64,000 nucleotides of DNA, from positions 6,612-70,611 of the forward strand of contig JAYEOV010000017.1 in assembly GCA_034723315.1 (NCBI GenBank), given 5' to 3'. The notes under the pieces were generated by a model. It saw nothing but the letters and a program-made list of their open reading frames with translations, was not told where the DNA came from and did not search any database. Below, piece by piece: positions 30,840-40,655 of the stretch. The translations under genes were made by a program, and so were the position numbers. Within the stretch, counting starts at the first letter, position 1, and each line of letters opens with the position of its first letter. The stretch is from Candidatus Omnitrophota bacterium (GTDB lineage: Bacteria; Omnitrophota; Gorgyraeia; Tantalellales; Tantalellaceae).

Positions 30840-32138
30840 ATGAAAATAAAAGCGGATTATATTATTGTGGGTTCTGGCGCTGGTGGCGCTAGTGTTGCTC
30901 GAGAGCTGGCAAGAGCTGGGAAAAATGTATTAGTTCTTGAAAAAGGCAAATTTGCAACGAATATTGGTACCCAGGTAGGTGCTTTAAAGTTTTATGACCA
31001 CTTTGCATTAAGATCGAGTATAGAAGGATTTATAGTATATAGTGCGATCATGGGTGGCGGCAGTACAGTTATTTGTTGCGGGAATGGGATGCCTGTATTA
31101 AGTAAAGAGCTTGAGGCTTTCGGCATAGACTTATCTGAAGAATTTAAAGAGACTGAAAACGAGTTGGAGATCCGACCGTTACCGGAAGAACTCATTGGTG
31201 AGGGCTCTCAATTAATAATGAGGACAGGTAATAAAATAGGTCTTGAAATGATACCAATGCCGAAGTTTGTAGACTTCAGCAAGTGTGATTCTTGCGGCAA
31301 ATGTGTGCTTGGATGTATAAGAGGCGCAAAGTGGACAGCAGTAAAATACCTCCAGGAAATGCAGCAACACGGCGGTAGGATCTTATACGGTGTAGATGTG
31401 AAAAAGATAATTGTAAAAAAAGGAAGAGCTGTTAGTTTGATCGCCAAAAAAGGAATGAAGAAGATTATATTAGACGCAAATTACATTGTGTTGGCTGCAG
31501 GCGGCCTGGCAACTCCCGCAATATTGAAAAGAAGTGGATTAAAAGACGCCGGTAATAAATTATTTGTTGATTTTTTTAATGTGACATTTGGAACCTTGAA
31601 GGATGTGAGTGTTAATTTGTATAAAGAACCCACTATGGCTGTAGTAAGTACTAAATATTTGCAAGATAAAGGTTTTTTGGTCTCTCCATTTTTATTCCCA
31701 CCGCTCATTATGCCATGGATAATGCCTTTGTTTAAATTAGGTAAACTATTTAATTACAGGAACTTATTAGGTATTATGACTAAAATAAAGGATGATAATG
31801 AAGGAAAAGTATTATCAAATGGAAGATTTTATAAAAAGCCTACTAAAGAGGATATTATCAGGTTAAATGAGGGAGAAGAAATAGCCACGCAAATATTAAG
31901 AGAAGCTGGCGTAAAGGAAAAAGATATCTTCACTTCAAAATCCTGTGGCGCTCATCCTGGAGGAACAGCCGCAATTGGAGATGTTGTTGATAGTGATCTA
32001 ATGACAGAAATAGCGAATCTATTTGTTTGTGATGCGAGTGTATTACCTGTATCAAGCGGAGCTCCTCCAATTGTAACAATAGTTTCTCTTGGAAAAAGAC
32101 TAGGCAAATATTTATCAAGGGATCAAATGAAAAGATGA
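30840..32138 (+). CDS. GMC family FAD oxidoreductase
   Basis: IIVGSGAGG, GGSTV, CDSCGKCVLGC, LAAGG..TP, HPGGT, DAS. Confidence 0.88.
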   Translation: MKIKADYIIVGSGAGGASVARELARAGKNVLVLEKGKFATNIGTQVGALKFYDHFALRSSIEGFIVYSAIMGGGSTVICCGNGMPVLSKELEAFGIDLSEEFKETENELEIRPLPEELIGEGSQLIMRTGNKIGLEMIPMPKFVDFSKCDSCGKCVLGCIRGAKWTAVKYLQEMQQHGGRILYGVDVKKIIVKKGRAVSLIAKKGMKKIILDANYIVLAAGGLATPAILKRSGLKDAGNKLFVDFFNVTFGTLKDVSVNLYKEPTMAVVSTKYLQDKGFLVSPFLFPPLIMPWIMPLFKLGKLFNYRNLLGIMTKIKDDNEGKVLSNGRFYKKPTKEDIIRLNEGEEIATQILREAGVKEKDIFTSKSCGAHPGGTAAIGDVVDSDLMTEIANLFVCDASVLPVSSGAPPIVTIVSLGKRLGKYLSRDQMKR

Positions 32139-34273
32139 ATTTATACGGCATTTCAAATATCTTAATTGCAATAACTAGTTCGGGTATCGCGCTATTTGTT
32201 TATGTTAAAGGCTATAGAAGTAAATTATGCAAAATATGGTCAGTTTTTGCTTTATGCGTTGCTATTTATGGATTTGGCGCCTATATGGCAGCTGGGGCAA
32301 AAAATCATGATTCTGCTTTTTTTTGGTGGCAAATTTCGTATGTCGGCGTAATAATGCTGCCTGCTTTATTTCTGCATTTTGTTTATGTTTTTCTTGATAT
32401 CAGGAAAACATTTTTAATAAAAATTGTTTATCTGGTAACACTTGTTATTTTGGCTACGGATATTTTTAATAAGCAACTATTTATTGGCAATGTAAGTTTG
32501 TTATTCAAAAATTCTGAACTATTTCAACCAGCGTGGTGGGTTTATCCTCCAGGCCCTATACATATTTTCTATACACTTTTTTTATATGCGGGGATACTTA
32601 TATATGCTCACATTAAATTAATCAGGGCCTATAAAAGATCTGAAAGATCGAAGCAGAACCAAATCAGATATTTTTTTCTTGCAACTACATTAGGTTTTAT
32701 AGGAGGAGGCACTTCTTTTTTGCCTTGTTCTGGTATAAATATCTATCCTGTTTTTAATATAACAGTACCATTGTATCCTCTAATTATGACTTACGCTATT
32801 ATTCGTCATCAGTTGATGGATATTGAAGTTATAATTAAAAAAACTATTGTCTTTGCATCATTATTTATTATTCTTTTTGGTGTTTTTGTAGGAATAACCC
32901 TTATTACTCAAGAATTGATTGCGGAAGGAAGGATTTTTGGGTTAGCGATAAGCGCTCTTATTATTATTTTTTCGGTTCGTCCGCTTGAGGATTTACTGGT
33001 AAGGGGTACCGACAAATATTTATTCCAGAAGAAATATGATTACAGGCAATTGTTGAGAACTTTTTCTGATGAGGTGCTTACAGTTCTCGATCTTGATATG
33101 CTTGTAAATCTTACGGTTAATAAACTTGTGGAGACAATGAAACTTTTCAACGCGGCTATGTTGCTTCACGATGAAAAAAATGAGGAGTACAGGATCGTGT
33201 CATCAACAGGTTTGGAAGACGTTGAGTTTAAATTAAAGGATGATGAAGAGATAATAGTATATTTGCGGAAAAACAGGCAACATATTCTGTTTGAAAGCGA
33301 GGATGGACAAATATCTTTAAGCGGTAATATTAAGAGGAAGATAAGTGGTTTACGGTCATCCATGGTCATCCCACTGTTTCATCACAAGGATATGGTGGGG
33401 ATATTGTCTCTGGGAAAGAAAAAATCAGACGAAGAGTTCACGCAGGATGATTTTGACATACTTCTGCCGCTTGCCAGAACGCTTTCCATAGCAATAGCCA
33501 ATGCCAGGCTTTTTGAGAAACTTTCTGTAGCCCAGGCACAGGCGGCACAAAGAGAAAAAATGGCCGTTATAGGGACGCTTTCGGCCGGGATCAACCACGA
33601 GATATGTAATCCCCTGGGGATAGCCAGGGGGCAATGCGAGATGTTTCTTTTAAATCTTAAAGAAGGCCTGTATGCGGGTAAGGATCCTGAAGATCTGCTC
33701 GAAAAGGCGAAACTAATAATGCAGAAGGTCATCGATGAGACTGACAGGGCCACGGTCATAACCAGAAAGCTTTCTTCGTTCGCCAAACCCGCGAAAGGAA
33801 AGCTGGAGGGCAACGTCCGGTTGAAAAAGGAAATAGAAGAAGTAGCTTCGCTTGTGGAGCACGATTTGAGGCTGGACAATATACTGATAGTCAGGGAGAT
33901 ACAGCCGGATCTGCCGTATATCGCGGCTGACCGGAAACAGGTACAGGAAATATTTTTCAATATCATAATAAATGCCGCGCAGTCGATCGTCTCCGGCGGA
34001 AAAATAACGATCCGGGCCAAAAGTGACGATAAAAAGGTCTATGTGGAGATAGAAGATACGGGTGTCGGTATCAAAAAGACCAATTTAAACCAGGTATTCA
34101 ATCCCTTTTTTACGACTAAGGACCCGGGAAAAGGTACCGGATTGGGGCTTTTTCTTGTGAAGCAGATCGTTGAAAGGAATAAAGGGCGTATCTCCGTTCA
34201 GAGCGAACAGGGAAAGGGCGCCTGTTTTCGTCTTGTGTTTAAAGCGATCGTTCCTGAAAAGGTAAAGATTTGA
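32135..34273 (+). CDS. Membrane sensor histidine kinase (7TM-like input, GAF, HisKA, HATPase)
   Basis: Multiple N-terminal TM helices, GAF-like ILSLGKKKS, H-box INHEICNPL, N-box, DTGVGI, NPFFTTK, GTGLGL. Confidence 0.92.
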   Translation: MNLYGISNILIAITSSGIALFVYVKGYRSKLCKIWSVFALCVAIYGFGAYMAAGAKNHDSAFFWWQISYVGVIMLPALFLHFVYVFLDIRKTFLIKIVYLVTLVILATDIFNKQLFIGNVSLLFKNSELFQPAWWVYPPGPIHIFYTLFLYAGILIYAHIKLIRAYKRSERSKQNQIRYFFLATTLGFIGGGTSFLPCSGINIYPVFNITVPLYPLIMTYAIIRHQLMDIEVIIKKTIVFASLFIILFGVFVGITLITQELIAEGRIFGLAISALIIIFSVRPLEDLLVRGTDKYLFQKKYDYRQLLRTFSDEVLTVLDLDMLVNLTVNKLVETMKLFNAAMLLHDEKNEEYRIVSSTGLEDVEFKLKDDEEIIVYLRKNRQHILFESEDGQISLSGNIKRKISGLRSSMVIPLFHHKDMVGILSLGKKKSDEEFTQDDFDILLPLARTLSIAIANARLFEKLSVAQAQAAQREKMAVIGTLSAGINHEICNPLGIARGQCEMFLLNLKEGLYAGKDPEDLLEKAKLIMQKVIDETDRATVITRKLSSFAKPAKGKLEGNVRLKKEIEEVASLVEHDLRLDNILIVREIQPDLPYIAADRKQVQEIFFNIIINAAQSIVSGGKITIRAKSDDKKVYVEIEDTGVGIKKTNLNQVFNPFFTTKDPGKGTGLGLFLVKQIVERNKGRISVQSEQGKGACFRLVFKAIVPEKVKI

Positions 34274-34287
34274 AAAGAGGTGGATTA

Positions 34288-34662
34288 ATGAAGAAACCGA
34301 ATATATTATCAATTGACGATGAGCCGAGTTTTACGGTTCTTTTAAAAGAATATTTTGAACCGAGGGGATACGATATAGATATTACGTCGGCCGGTGATAA
34401 GGGGTTAGAGCTGCTGCATGAAAAAAAATATGATGTTGTCCTGCTTGATCTGCGGATGGCAGGGCTTGACGGTGGCGAGGTTATGGCGGAGATCAACCGG
34501 TCAAACGCGGGCACAAAAATAATTTTTATAACGGCTTATAATGATTCAGGAAAGACCAGAGAACGATTGATGGGGGAAGGGGCATATGCGTTTATGGAGA
34601 AGCCGATAACAAGTCTTAAGCGCCTTGAGGAACTGGTTAATAGAGCTGTGAAGGCGGATTAA
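34288..34662 (+). CDS. Single-domain response regulator
   Basis: SIDDE, LLDLRM, ITA, EKP. Confidence 0.9.
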   Translation: MKKPNILSIDDEPSFTVLLKEYFEPRGYDIDITSAGDKGLELLHEKKYDVVLLDLRMAGLDGGEVMAEINRSNAGTKIIFITAYNDSGKTRERLMGEGAYAFMEKPITSLKRLEELVNRAVKAD

Positions 34663-34676
34663 CGGGAGGGGATAGC

Positions 34677-35051
34677 ATGTTAAGGTTGCTTATCGTTGAC
34701 GATGAGGTGGACATATGTGATTTCGTTAAGAGTTTCTTTAAGGATAGAAATTTTGAGGTTTTTACCGCTAATAACGGCAAACAGGCGGTCGACATGGTGA
34801 AATCAGAGAAGCCCGAGATTGTCCTGATGGACATAAGGATGCCTGTCATGGACGGTATGGAGGCTTTGAAGGAGATCCGCAAGCTTGACGGCGCGATTAA
34901 GGTAATAATGATCACCGCGATCGAGGATGAGAAAAAGGCGGAGGAGGCAAAGCACCATGGGGCTATTGAGTATATTACAAAACCGCTGCTGCTTGAACAG
35001 CTGGAAAGAACTGTGTTCACTATCGCGGAACAGATAAAAATGAATTCCTGA
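34677..35051 (+). CDS. Single-domain response regulator
   Basis: IVDDE, LMDIRMP, ITA, TKP. Confidence 0.92.
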   Translation: MLRLLIVDDEVDICDFVKSFFKDRNFEVFTANNGKQAVDMVKSEKPEIVLMDIRMPVMDGMEALKEIRKLDGAIKVIMITAIEDEKKAEEAKHHGAIEYITKPLLLEQLERTVFTIAEQIKMNS

Positions 35052-35095
35052 ATAAGGGATAGTTTCCTTGTATAGAAAAGAAAGCAGAGGAGAAT

Positions 35096-36418
35096 ATGTC
35101 ATACGATGATAACTGGTTGAGATTGCAGGACTGGATCGTTGAAAAGATGAAGAATTGCGACGGCGCTCTGATCCCCACGGGTTCGGGCAGCGTCCAGATG
35201 CGGCAGGAGCCTGAACTGGATTACCAGTATTTTCTGGAAAACGCTTCACGGACAATGATACGATTCAGGAAACCGGAACACCTTATAAGGATGATAGTGC
35301 GGGTGATCGACGAGCAGGTAAAGGTCTCCCACACGGCGATGCTGCTTTATAAAGAAGAGAGAGATTCGTTCATACTTATTGACAGTAAAGGGGGGGAAGG
35401 GGTTAAGCTCCCGATCGGGTTCATACGTATGACATTTGACAATCCGCTTATCCGCCTTTTTAACGAGCGGCATAATTTTAAGATATCGGAAATAGGCGCG
35501 ATTGAGTACAAAGAGCTTCTTGATGTCATCCAGAGGGACGAAGAAGTCAAAAAAAATAAAGACCTCGTCGAACTTATGGAACTGAGCATCAGGCAGATGG
35601 AGCTTTTAAAGGCGAATATATGTATACCGATATATTACAAAAAAGACCTGATGGGAATATTCGTGCTGGGAAAAAAACTTTCGAATATGAAATTCTCCAG
35701 ACAGGAGGTCGGGTTTTTTACGACTCTGGCTAACGATGTGGCAATGGCCATTGCAAATGCCCAGTTGATACAGGACTTGCAGGAAAAGATATTCGAGGTC
35801 CATGAGCTCTACGAAAGAGAACATCAGGTATTCATTCACACTGCTATTTCGCTGGCGGCCGCAATAGACGCCCGGGATCCTTATACCCATGGTCACACTG
35901 AGCGTGTGACAAAATACGCTCTGGCGATCGCCGAAGAGCTGGAAGACATACCCGAGGCGCAGGCTTACAGAAATTTCAGGGAAACGCTGCATATCTCGGC
36001 CCTGCTCCATGATGTCGGGAAGATCGGCGTTCCGGACAGCATACTTAAAAAGAAAGGCCAGTTGACCAGGGAGGAATACGAAATGGTCAAGGAGCATTCA
36101 TTGACCGGCGCGGCTATTCTTTATCCGATCAGGGAACTGGGGGATATCGCGAAGGAAGTGCGGGCTCATCATGAGATGTACGACGGCGGCGGGTATCCGG
36201 ATGGTTTGAAAGGGGAGGAAATACCCTTCATTGCGCGCATCATTTCGGTATCTGATACCTTTGACGCGATAACAAGCGACAGGCCTTACCGTCAGAAAAA
36301 GATGGCTGAAATCGCCGTCCAGATAATCAAGGATAATTCGGGAAGTCAGTTCGATCCTATTGTAGTGAGCGCTTTTCTTCTGGCTTACAGGAAGGGGAAG
36401 CTCGGTAATAATACGTAA
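35096..36418 (+). CDS. GAF + HD-GYP cyclic-dinucleotide phosphodiesterase
   Basis: DPYTHGHTERV, LHDVGK, HHE.YDGGGYPDG, QFDP. Confidence 0.92.
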   Translation: MSYDDNWLRLQDWIVEKMKNCDGALIPTGSGSVQMRQEPELDYQYFLENASRTMIRFRKPEHLIRMIVRVIDEQVKVSHTAMLLYKEERDSFILIDSKGGEGVKLPIGFIRMTFDNPLIRLFNERHNFKISEIGAIEYKELLDVIQRDEEVKKNKDLVELMELSIRQMELLKANICIPIYYKKDLMGIFVLGKKLSNMKFSRQEVGFFTTLANDVAMAIANAQLIQDLQEKIFEVHELYEREHQVFIHTAISLAAAIDARDPYTHGHTERVTKYALAIAEELEDIPEAQAYRNFRETLHISALLHDVGKIGVPDSILKKKGQLTREEYEMVKEHSLTGAAILYPIRELGDIAKEVRAHHEMYDGGGYPDGLKGEEIPFIARIISVSDTFDAITSDRPYRQKKMAEIAVQIIKDNSGSQFDPIVVSAFLLAYRKGKLGNNT

Positions 36419-36452
36419 GGTTGGGTTAACCGGCCCAATTTCGAATGCTCTA

Positions 36453-36480
36453 TTGACAAAAATTAATATTAGTGTAAAAT
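36453..36480 (+). promoter_or_regulatory. Sigma70-type promoter of the riboswitch-metE unit
   Basis: TTGACA-16 bp-TAAAAT. Confidence 0.65.
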
Positions 36481-36510
36481 TTTAGGAAACTAATTTGAAA
36501 CAATATCTTT

Positions 36511-36650
36511 AACCGGATAGACAAAGGAAGTTTCCGTGAGAATCGGGACGCTGCCCAGCAACGGTGATCTTGATATGAGTTAAAAGTCAAGGAGCCCGGT
36601 CTATTGGCTATTCCGGAAAGTACCTTCTGGGGTAAGGGAAAAGATATTAT
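36511..36650 (+). ncRNA. Cobalamin riboswitch
   Basis: AGGAAG..CGTGAGAATCGG..CTGCCCAGCAACGGTGA and GAGCCCGG B12-box-like motifs; CCGGATAG / CTATTCCGG enclosing stem; upstream of metE. Confidence 0.8.
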
Positions 36651-36662
36651 GATAAGTAGTAT

Positions 36663-36688
36663 GCCGACCCCAGGGGGTCGGTTTTTTT
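36663..36688 (+). terminator. Intrinsic terminator (riboswitch expression platform)
   Basis: GCCGACCCC-AGG-GGGTCGGT stem followed by a T run. Confidence 0.8.
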
Positions 36689-36711
36689 ATTTGCGTAAAG
36701 GAGGAGAAAAA

Positions 36712-38913
36712 ATGAAAACATATGCATATGGCTTTCCAAGATTAGGTAAGAAAAGAGAGTTCAAATCAGCTATCGAGGATTACTGGAAAGGGAACATCAG
36801 CGAGGATAAGCTTATATCATGGATGTTCAGGCTGGAAAAGCAAAGACTTTCCGAATATAAAAAATACGTTGATTTATTCCCAAAAGGTGAGTTTACATTT
36901 TACGACAACATGTTTGATATGGCGTTAATGTTCGGCGTGTATAAGGCAAAAGGGTTGAACCGGTATTTTTCTTTTGGCAGAGGCAGGAATGCTCTTGAGA
37001 TGAAAAAGTATTTCAACACGAACTATCATTACCTCGTGCCTGTTATTAAAAAGGGGCAAAAGTTCAGGGTGGCTTGGAACAAACCACTTGTATATCATGA
37101 AAAATCTTCCCAAAAAAGAAAACCGGTTGCCATCATGGGTCCTTATACGTTTCTTAAGCTTAGCAGGGTTGAAGGGAGTTTTGATAAGACTTTCAATGAA
37201 CTTTGCGCGGCGTATAAAAAGTTGTTTGTGCAGTTTGAGAAGGCCGGAATAACTTCCGTGCACATGGAGGATCCCGCTTTTTGTCTCGACGTGACTGCTA
37301 AAGAAATAAAGGCTATTGTAAAGAATTACAAAAAGATGATTTCCCGTGATCTGGAAGTTAATCTCATAACCTATTATGATAGCGTGGATTTTCTTAAAGA
37401 ATTGTATAAGATTCCGTTCGCTGCGATCGGGCTTGATTTTGTATCCGGGGAGAGTAACATTGCCAATCTTGAGAAGACCGGCTTTCCGGAGGGGATGAAC
37501 CTGGTCTGCGGCATCGTTGACGGCCGTAATGTGGGTCGGTCCGATATAATGGCGAAGGTGCGTCTCTTGAAAAGAATAAAAAAAACCGCAAGGATCAATG
37601 ACGACAGAATATATGTCTCTAACAGCGCGCCACTCTTTCACCTGCCCATATCTCTTGATAATGAAACTAATATGAGCGCAAAACATAAAAACATTCTCAG
37701 TTTCGCTAAGGAAAGACTGTATGAACTTGGCCTTATACCCAAAGCTTATAGTGGTGATACGAAGGAAGCGGAATTATGGAGCAAAGCGGTCAAGGAAAGC
37801 CAACCTGTAAAACCGGGAAAGGTCTTCGATACGGTTTCACTTAAAGAAAGCGTTTACTCCCGAAGAAAAAAAGTTCACCAGGAGGAACTCGATCTTCCGT
37901 TCTTTCCCACCACCACGATAGGTAGTTTTCCTCAGGATAGTGAAGTGAGAAAAATGAGGCTGGATTATCGTAAAGGCAGATTATCTAAAACAAAATACAA
38001 GAGCTTCATAGGCGGTAGGATAAAAGATCTTGTGAAAAAAGAGGAAGAAATAGGACTTGATGTCCTTGTGCACGGTGAGTTCGAAAGAACGGACATGGTT
38101 GAATTCTTTGCGCAGAAACTGGATGGTTTTGTAACGACAGAAAGCGGCTGGATCATATCTTACGGAACAAGGGTCTACAGACCACCTATAGTAGTAGATA
38201 AGATCGGCAGGACAAAACCGCTTACAGCAGGGGAGATAACACATGCCGATCATTTAACGCATAAACCTGTTAAGGGTATTTTTACGGGACCGGTAACTAT
38301 ACTTGCCTGGGGTTTTTGTGTGAGGACAGATCCAATATACAAAGTAGCCTTTGAACTTGCGAAAGCGCTGAACGAAGAGGCAAAAGACCTTGTCAAGAAA
38401 GGTATAAAAATAATACAGGTGGATGAACCCGCGATAAAGGAATTTTCCCCTATAAAGAAAAGAATGAAGAAGGCATATTTTGGCTGGGCAATAAGAAGCT
38501 TTAACATGGTGACTAAGCTTCCCGAAAGGGTTCAAATCCATACTCACATGTGTTATTCGGAGTTTGCCGAGATCATTGATTGGATCCTGAAGATGAATTT
38601 CGATGTTATAACAATAGAAACAGCGAGAGAGAAGGGTAAAGTCCTTGAAACTTTTTTCAGAGCTGGATTTAAACGTGACATAGGTCCCGGGTTATGGGAT
38701 ATTCACTCAAAATATCCCGCTGAGGAAAGGACAATAAAAACAATATTAAATAAAAGCATAAAGTTTTTCGGCCCGGAACATATCTGGATGAACCCGGATT
38801 GCGGGCTGAAGACCAGGAATTGGGAAGAAACAGAATTATCGCTTGAACGCATTGTAAAAATAGCGAAACAATACAGAAAAAGGTTACTAAAGGGGTCAAG
38901 TCTTAAAATTTAA
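36712..38913 (+). CDS. metE: Cobalamin-independent methionine synthase
   Basis: GFPRLG, TTTIGSFPQ, HGEFERTDMVE, HTHMCY, NPDCGLKTR; start placed at the ATG after AGGAGG. Confidence 0.96.
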   Translation: MKTYAYGFPRLGKKREFKSAIEDYWKGNISEDKLISWMFRLEKQRLSEYKKYVDLFPKGEFTFYDNMFDMALMFGVYKAKGLNRYFSFGRGRNALEMKKYFNTNYHYLVPVIKKGQKFRVAWNKPLVYHEKSSQKRKPVAIMGPYTFLKLSRVEGSFDKTFNELCAAYKKLFVQFEKAGITSVHMEDPAFCLDVTAKEIKAIVKNYKKMISRDLEVNLITYYDSVDFLKELYKIPFAAIGLDFVSGESNIANLEKTGFPEGMNLVCGIVDGRNVGRSDIMAKVRLLKRIKKTARINDDRIYVSNSAPLFHLPISLDNETNMSAKHKNILSFAKERLYELGLIPKAYSGDTKEAELWSKAVKESQPVKPGKVFDTVSLKESVYSRRKKVHQEELDLPFFPTTTIGSFPQDSEVRKMRLDYRKGRLSKTKYKSFIGGRIKDLVKKEEEIGLDVLVHGEFERTDMVEFFAQKLDGFVTTESGWIISYGTRVYRPPIVVDKIGRTKPLTAGEITHADHLTHKPVKGIFTGPVTILAWGFCVRTDPIYKVAFELAKALNEEAKDLVKKGIKIIQVDEPAIKEFSPIKKRMKKAYFGWAIRSFNMVTKLPERVQIHTHMCYSEFAEIIDWILKMNFDVITIETAREKGKVLETFFRAGFKRDIGPGLWDIHSKYPAEERTIKTILNKSIKFFGPEHIWMNPDCGLKTRNWEETELSLERIVKIAKQYRKRLLKGSSLKI

Positions 38914-39951
38914 CTTTAGCTTGCGTGTTTAAGTATTAAATGGTATGATGTTTGATCATGGCACGACCTTTACGAATTGAATATCCGGGCGCCTGGTATC
39001 ACGTGATGAACCGCGGCAGGCGAAGAGAGCAGATTTTTTTTGATGAAAAAGATCGAGTTCTTTTTGTGGATATATTAGGAGATTGCACTAGACTTTTTAA
39101 TCTGGAAATACACGCCTATTCGTTGATGCCAAACCACTATCATTTATTAGTACGCACGCCTATCGCGAACCTTTCAAGAGCAATGAGACACCTGAACGGG
39201 GTTTATACACAAAAGATCAATTATCGTCATAAGTATGAAGGCAGTCTTTTTAAGGGAAGGTTTAAATCAATAGTCATAGAAGAAGAATCATACTTTCTTG
39301 AACTATTAAGGTATATTCACAGGAATCCATTAAAGGCGAAGATCGTGGAAAAGATCATTGAGCATAAATGGACAAGCCACAGGGCATATATGATAAAAAA
39401 AGAGCGGCCCGAATGGCTGAAAGTAAATACAGCTTTAATAAAATTCAGCCAGCATGAGAATGCGGCAAAAAGGAAACTGGACGCGTTTGTGCGGGAAAAA
39501 GTACCGGTGGAAATAGAACGTATATTAGATGGAATAAAGTGGCCGGCGATACTGGGCGGAAAGCAGTTTCAGGAAAAGATCAAAGAAAAAATAAAGGGAG
39601 AAAAGATCGACATCAGGGAAGTGCCGCAACATAAAGAGATCTGTAGTAGATTAACCGCGAAGGATGTTGCTGAGGTGCTGGTGAGAGAGCAAAAGAAGTG
39701 GGATGAAAATGTTTTCAGCGGACGGAAGAAGAGGATTTATACCGGGAAGAGACGTGCGTTTGTGTACGTGTGCCGGGAATATCTATATGCGGTGAACAGA
39801 GATATATGCGAAGCTCTGGGAGATATTTCTTCTGCCGCCGTATCGATTTTGTATACGCAAGCCGTGGAAAAGGTGAAAAAGAAAGAGGATTTGTACGAAG
39901 AAGTAAAGGGGATCGTTGATTTGCTAAAGTTAAATTTTAAGACTTGACCCC
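38892..39951. mobile_element. Y1/HUH transposase element bounded by perfect 29-bp inverted repeats
   Basis: GGGGTCAAGTCTTAAAATTTAACTTTAGC at 38892-38920 and its exact reverse complement at 39923-39951. Confidence 0.8.
38958..39947 (+). CDS. RAYT-like Y1 transposase with C-terminal helical (possible HTH) extension
   Basis: MARPLRIEYPGAWYHVMNRG, MPNHYH HUH motif, LFKGRFKS, RYIHRNP. Confidence 0.9.
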   Translation: MARPLRIEYPGAWYHVMNRGRRREQIFFDEKDRVLFVDILGDCTRLFNLEIHAYSLMPNHYHLLVRTPIANLSRAMRHLNGVYTQKINYRHKYEGSLFKGRFKSIVIEEESYFLELLRYIHRNPLKAKIVEKIIEHKWTSHRAYMIKKERPEWLKVNTALIKFSQHENAAKRKLDAFVREKVPVEIERILDGIKWPAILGGKQFQEKIKEKIKGEKIDIREVPQHKEICSRLTAKDVAEVLVREQKKWDENVFSGRKKRIYTGKRRAFVYVCREYLYAVNRDICEALGDISSAAVSILYTQAVEKVKKKEDLYEEVKGIVDLLKLNFKT

Positions 39952-40503
39952 CCTAATTGCAGGCGGTGCGATAATGCATATCGCCTGGGCCTCGATTTTA
40001 GCTTTGTTTTTAAAGGTATGGGGCAGGGAGGCGTCAAAGTACAGGCTGTCGCCGTTTTTTAACGTGTAGGTTTTATCGCCTACAGCAGCTTCGAGGTTCC
40101 CCGAGATCACGTATATGAATTTTTCCACCCCTGTCTTGTTCTGTTCTTTCTGTGTCTGGCCTCCGCCGGAGATCTTCATCATAAGCGGCATGATCTTTTT
40201 ATCAAAAGTTTTCGTGACAAGCAGCTCGTACTTTGCCTTACGCGTGTGGATGAAATGTTCCGTCCGTTTATCCTGTGAGACCACCTCCACGGTCTTGGAT
40301 TTGTCCTCGATCTCGCGGTAAAGTTCCGTGATAGAAGTGTTAAGGGCTTTACAAATGCGGTTGTGGGAATCGAGGGTGCCGGTCATCTTGTCGTTTTCCA
40401 TGCGGCTCAGCGTGGCAAGGGCTACTCCGCTTTTTCCAGAAAGTTCTTCCAGCGTCATTTCACGTTCTTTACGTAACTGGCGGATCCTTTTCCCTATTTT
40501 CAT
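39937..40503 (-). CDS. XRE-family HTH + cupin transcriptional regulator
   Basis: IGKRIRQLRKE..TLEEL..LSRMEN; cupin EKFIYVISG..GDSLYFDASLPH. Confidence 0.9.
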   Translation of the reverse strand: MKIGKRIRQLRKEREMTLEELSGKSGVALATLSRMENDKMTGTLDSHNRICKALNTSITELYREIEDKSKTVEVVSQDKRTEHFIHTRKAKYELLVTKTFDKKIMPLMMKISGGGQTQKEQNKTGVEKFIYVISGNLEAAVGDKTYTLKNGDSLYFDASLPHTFKNKAKIEAQAICIIAPPAIRGVKS

Positions 40504-40655
40504 CGGGCCTCCTTTAATTCACTAACTATTAATATAATATATTAAGTTTCACAAATAATCAAACGTAATTTAAATTATTATTAAAGAGTGGCGCGAACAT
40601 GACCGCGTGTCCGTTGTCTTGTCCATTTATATTACGTATGATACAATTATATTCT

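Noticed and set aside
40596-40612. LexA box upstream of uvrA (CGAAC...)
   Set aside because: Only one half-site matches CGAAC-N4-GTTCG; the other half is absent.
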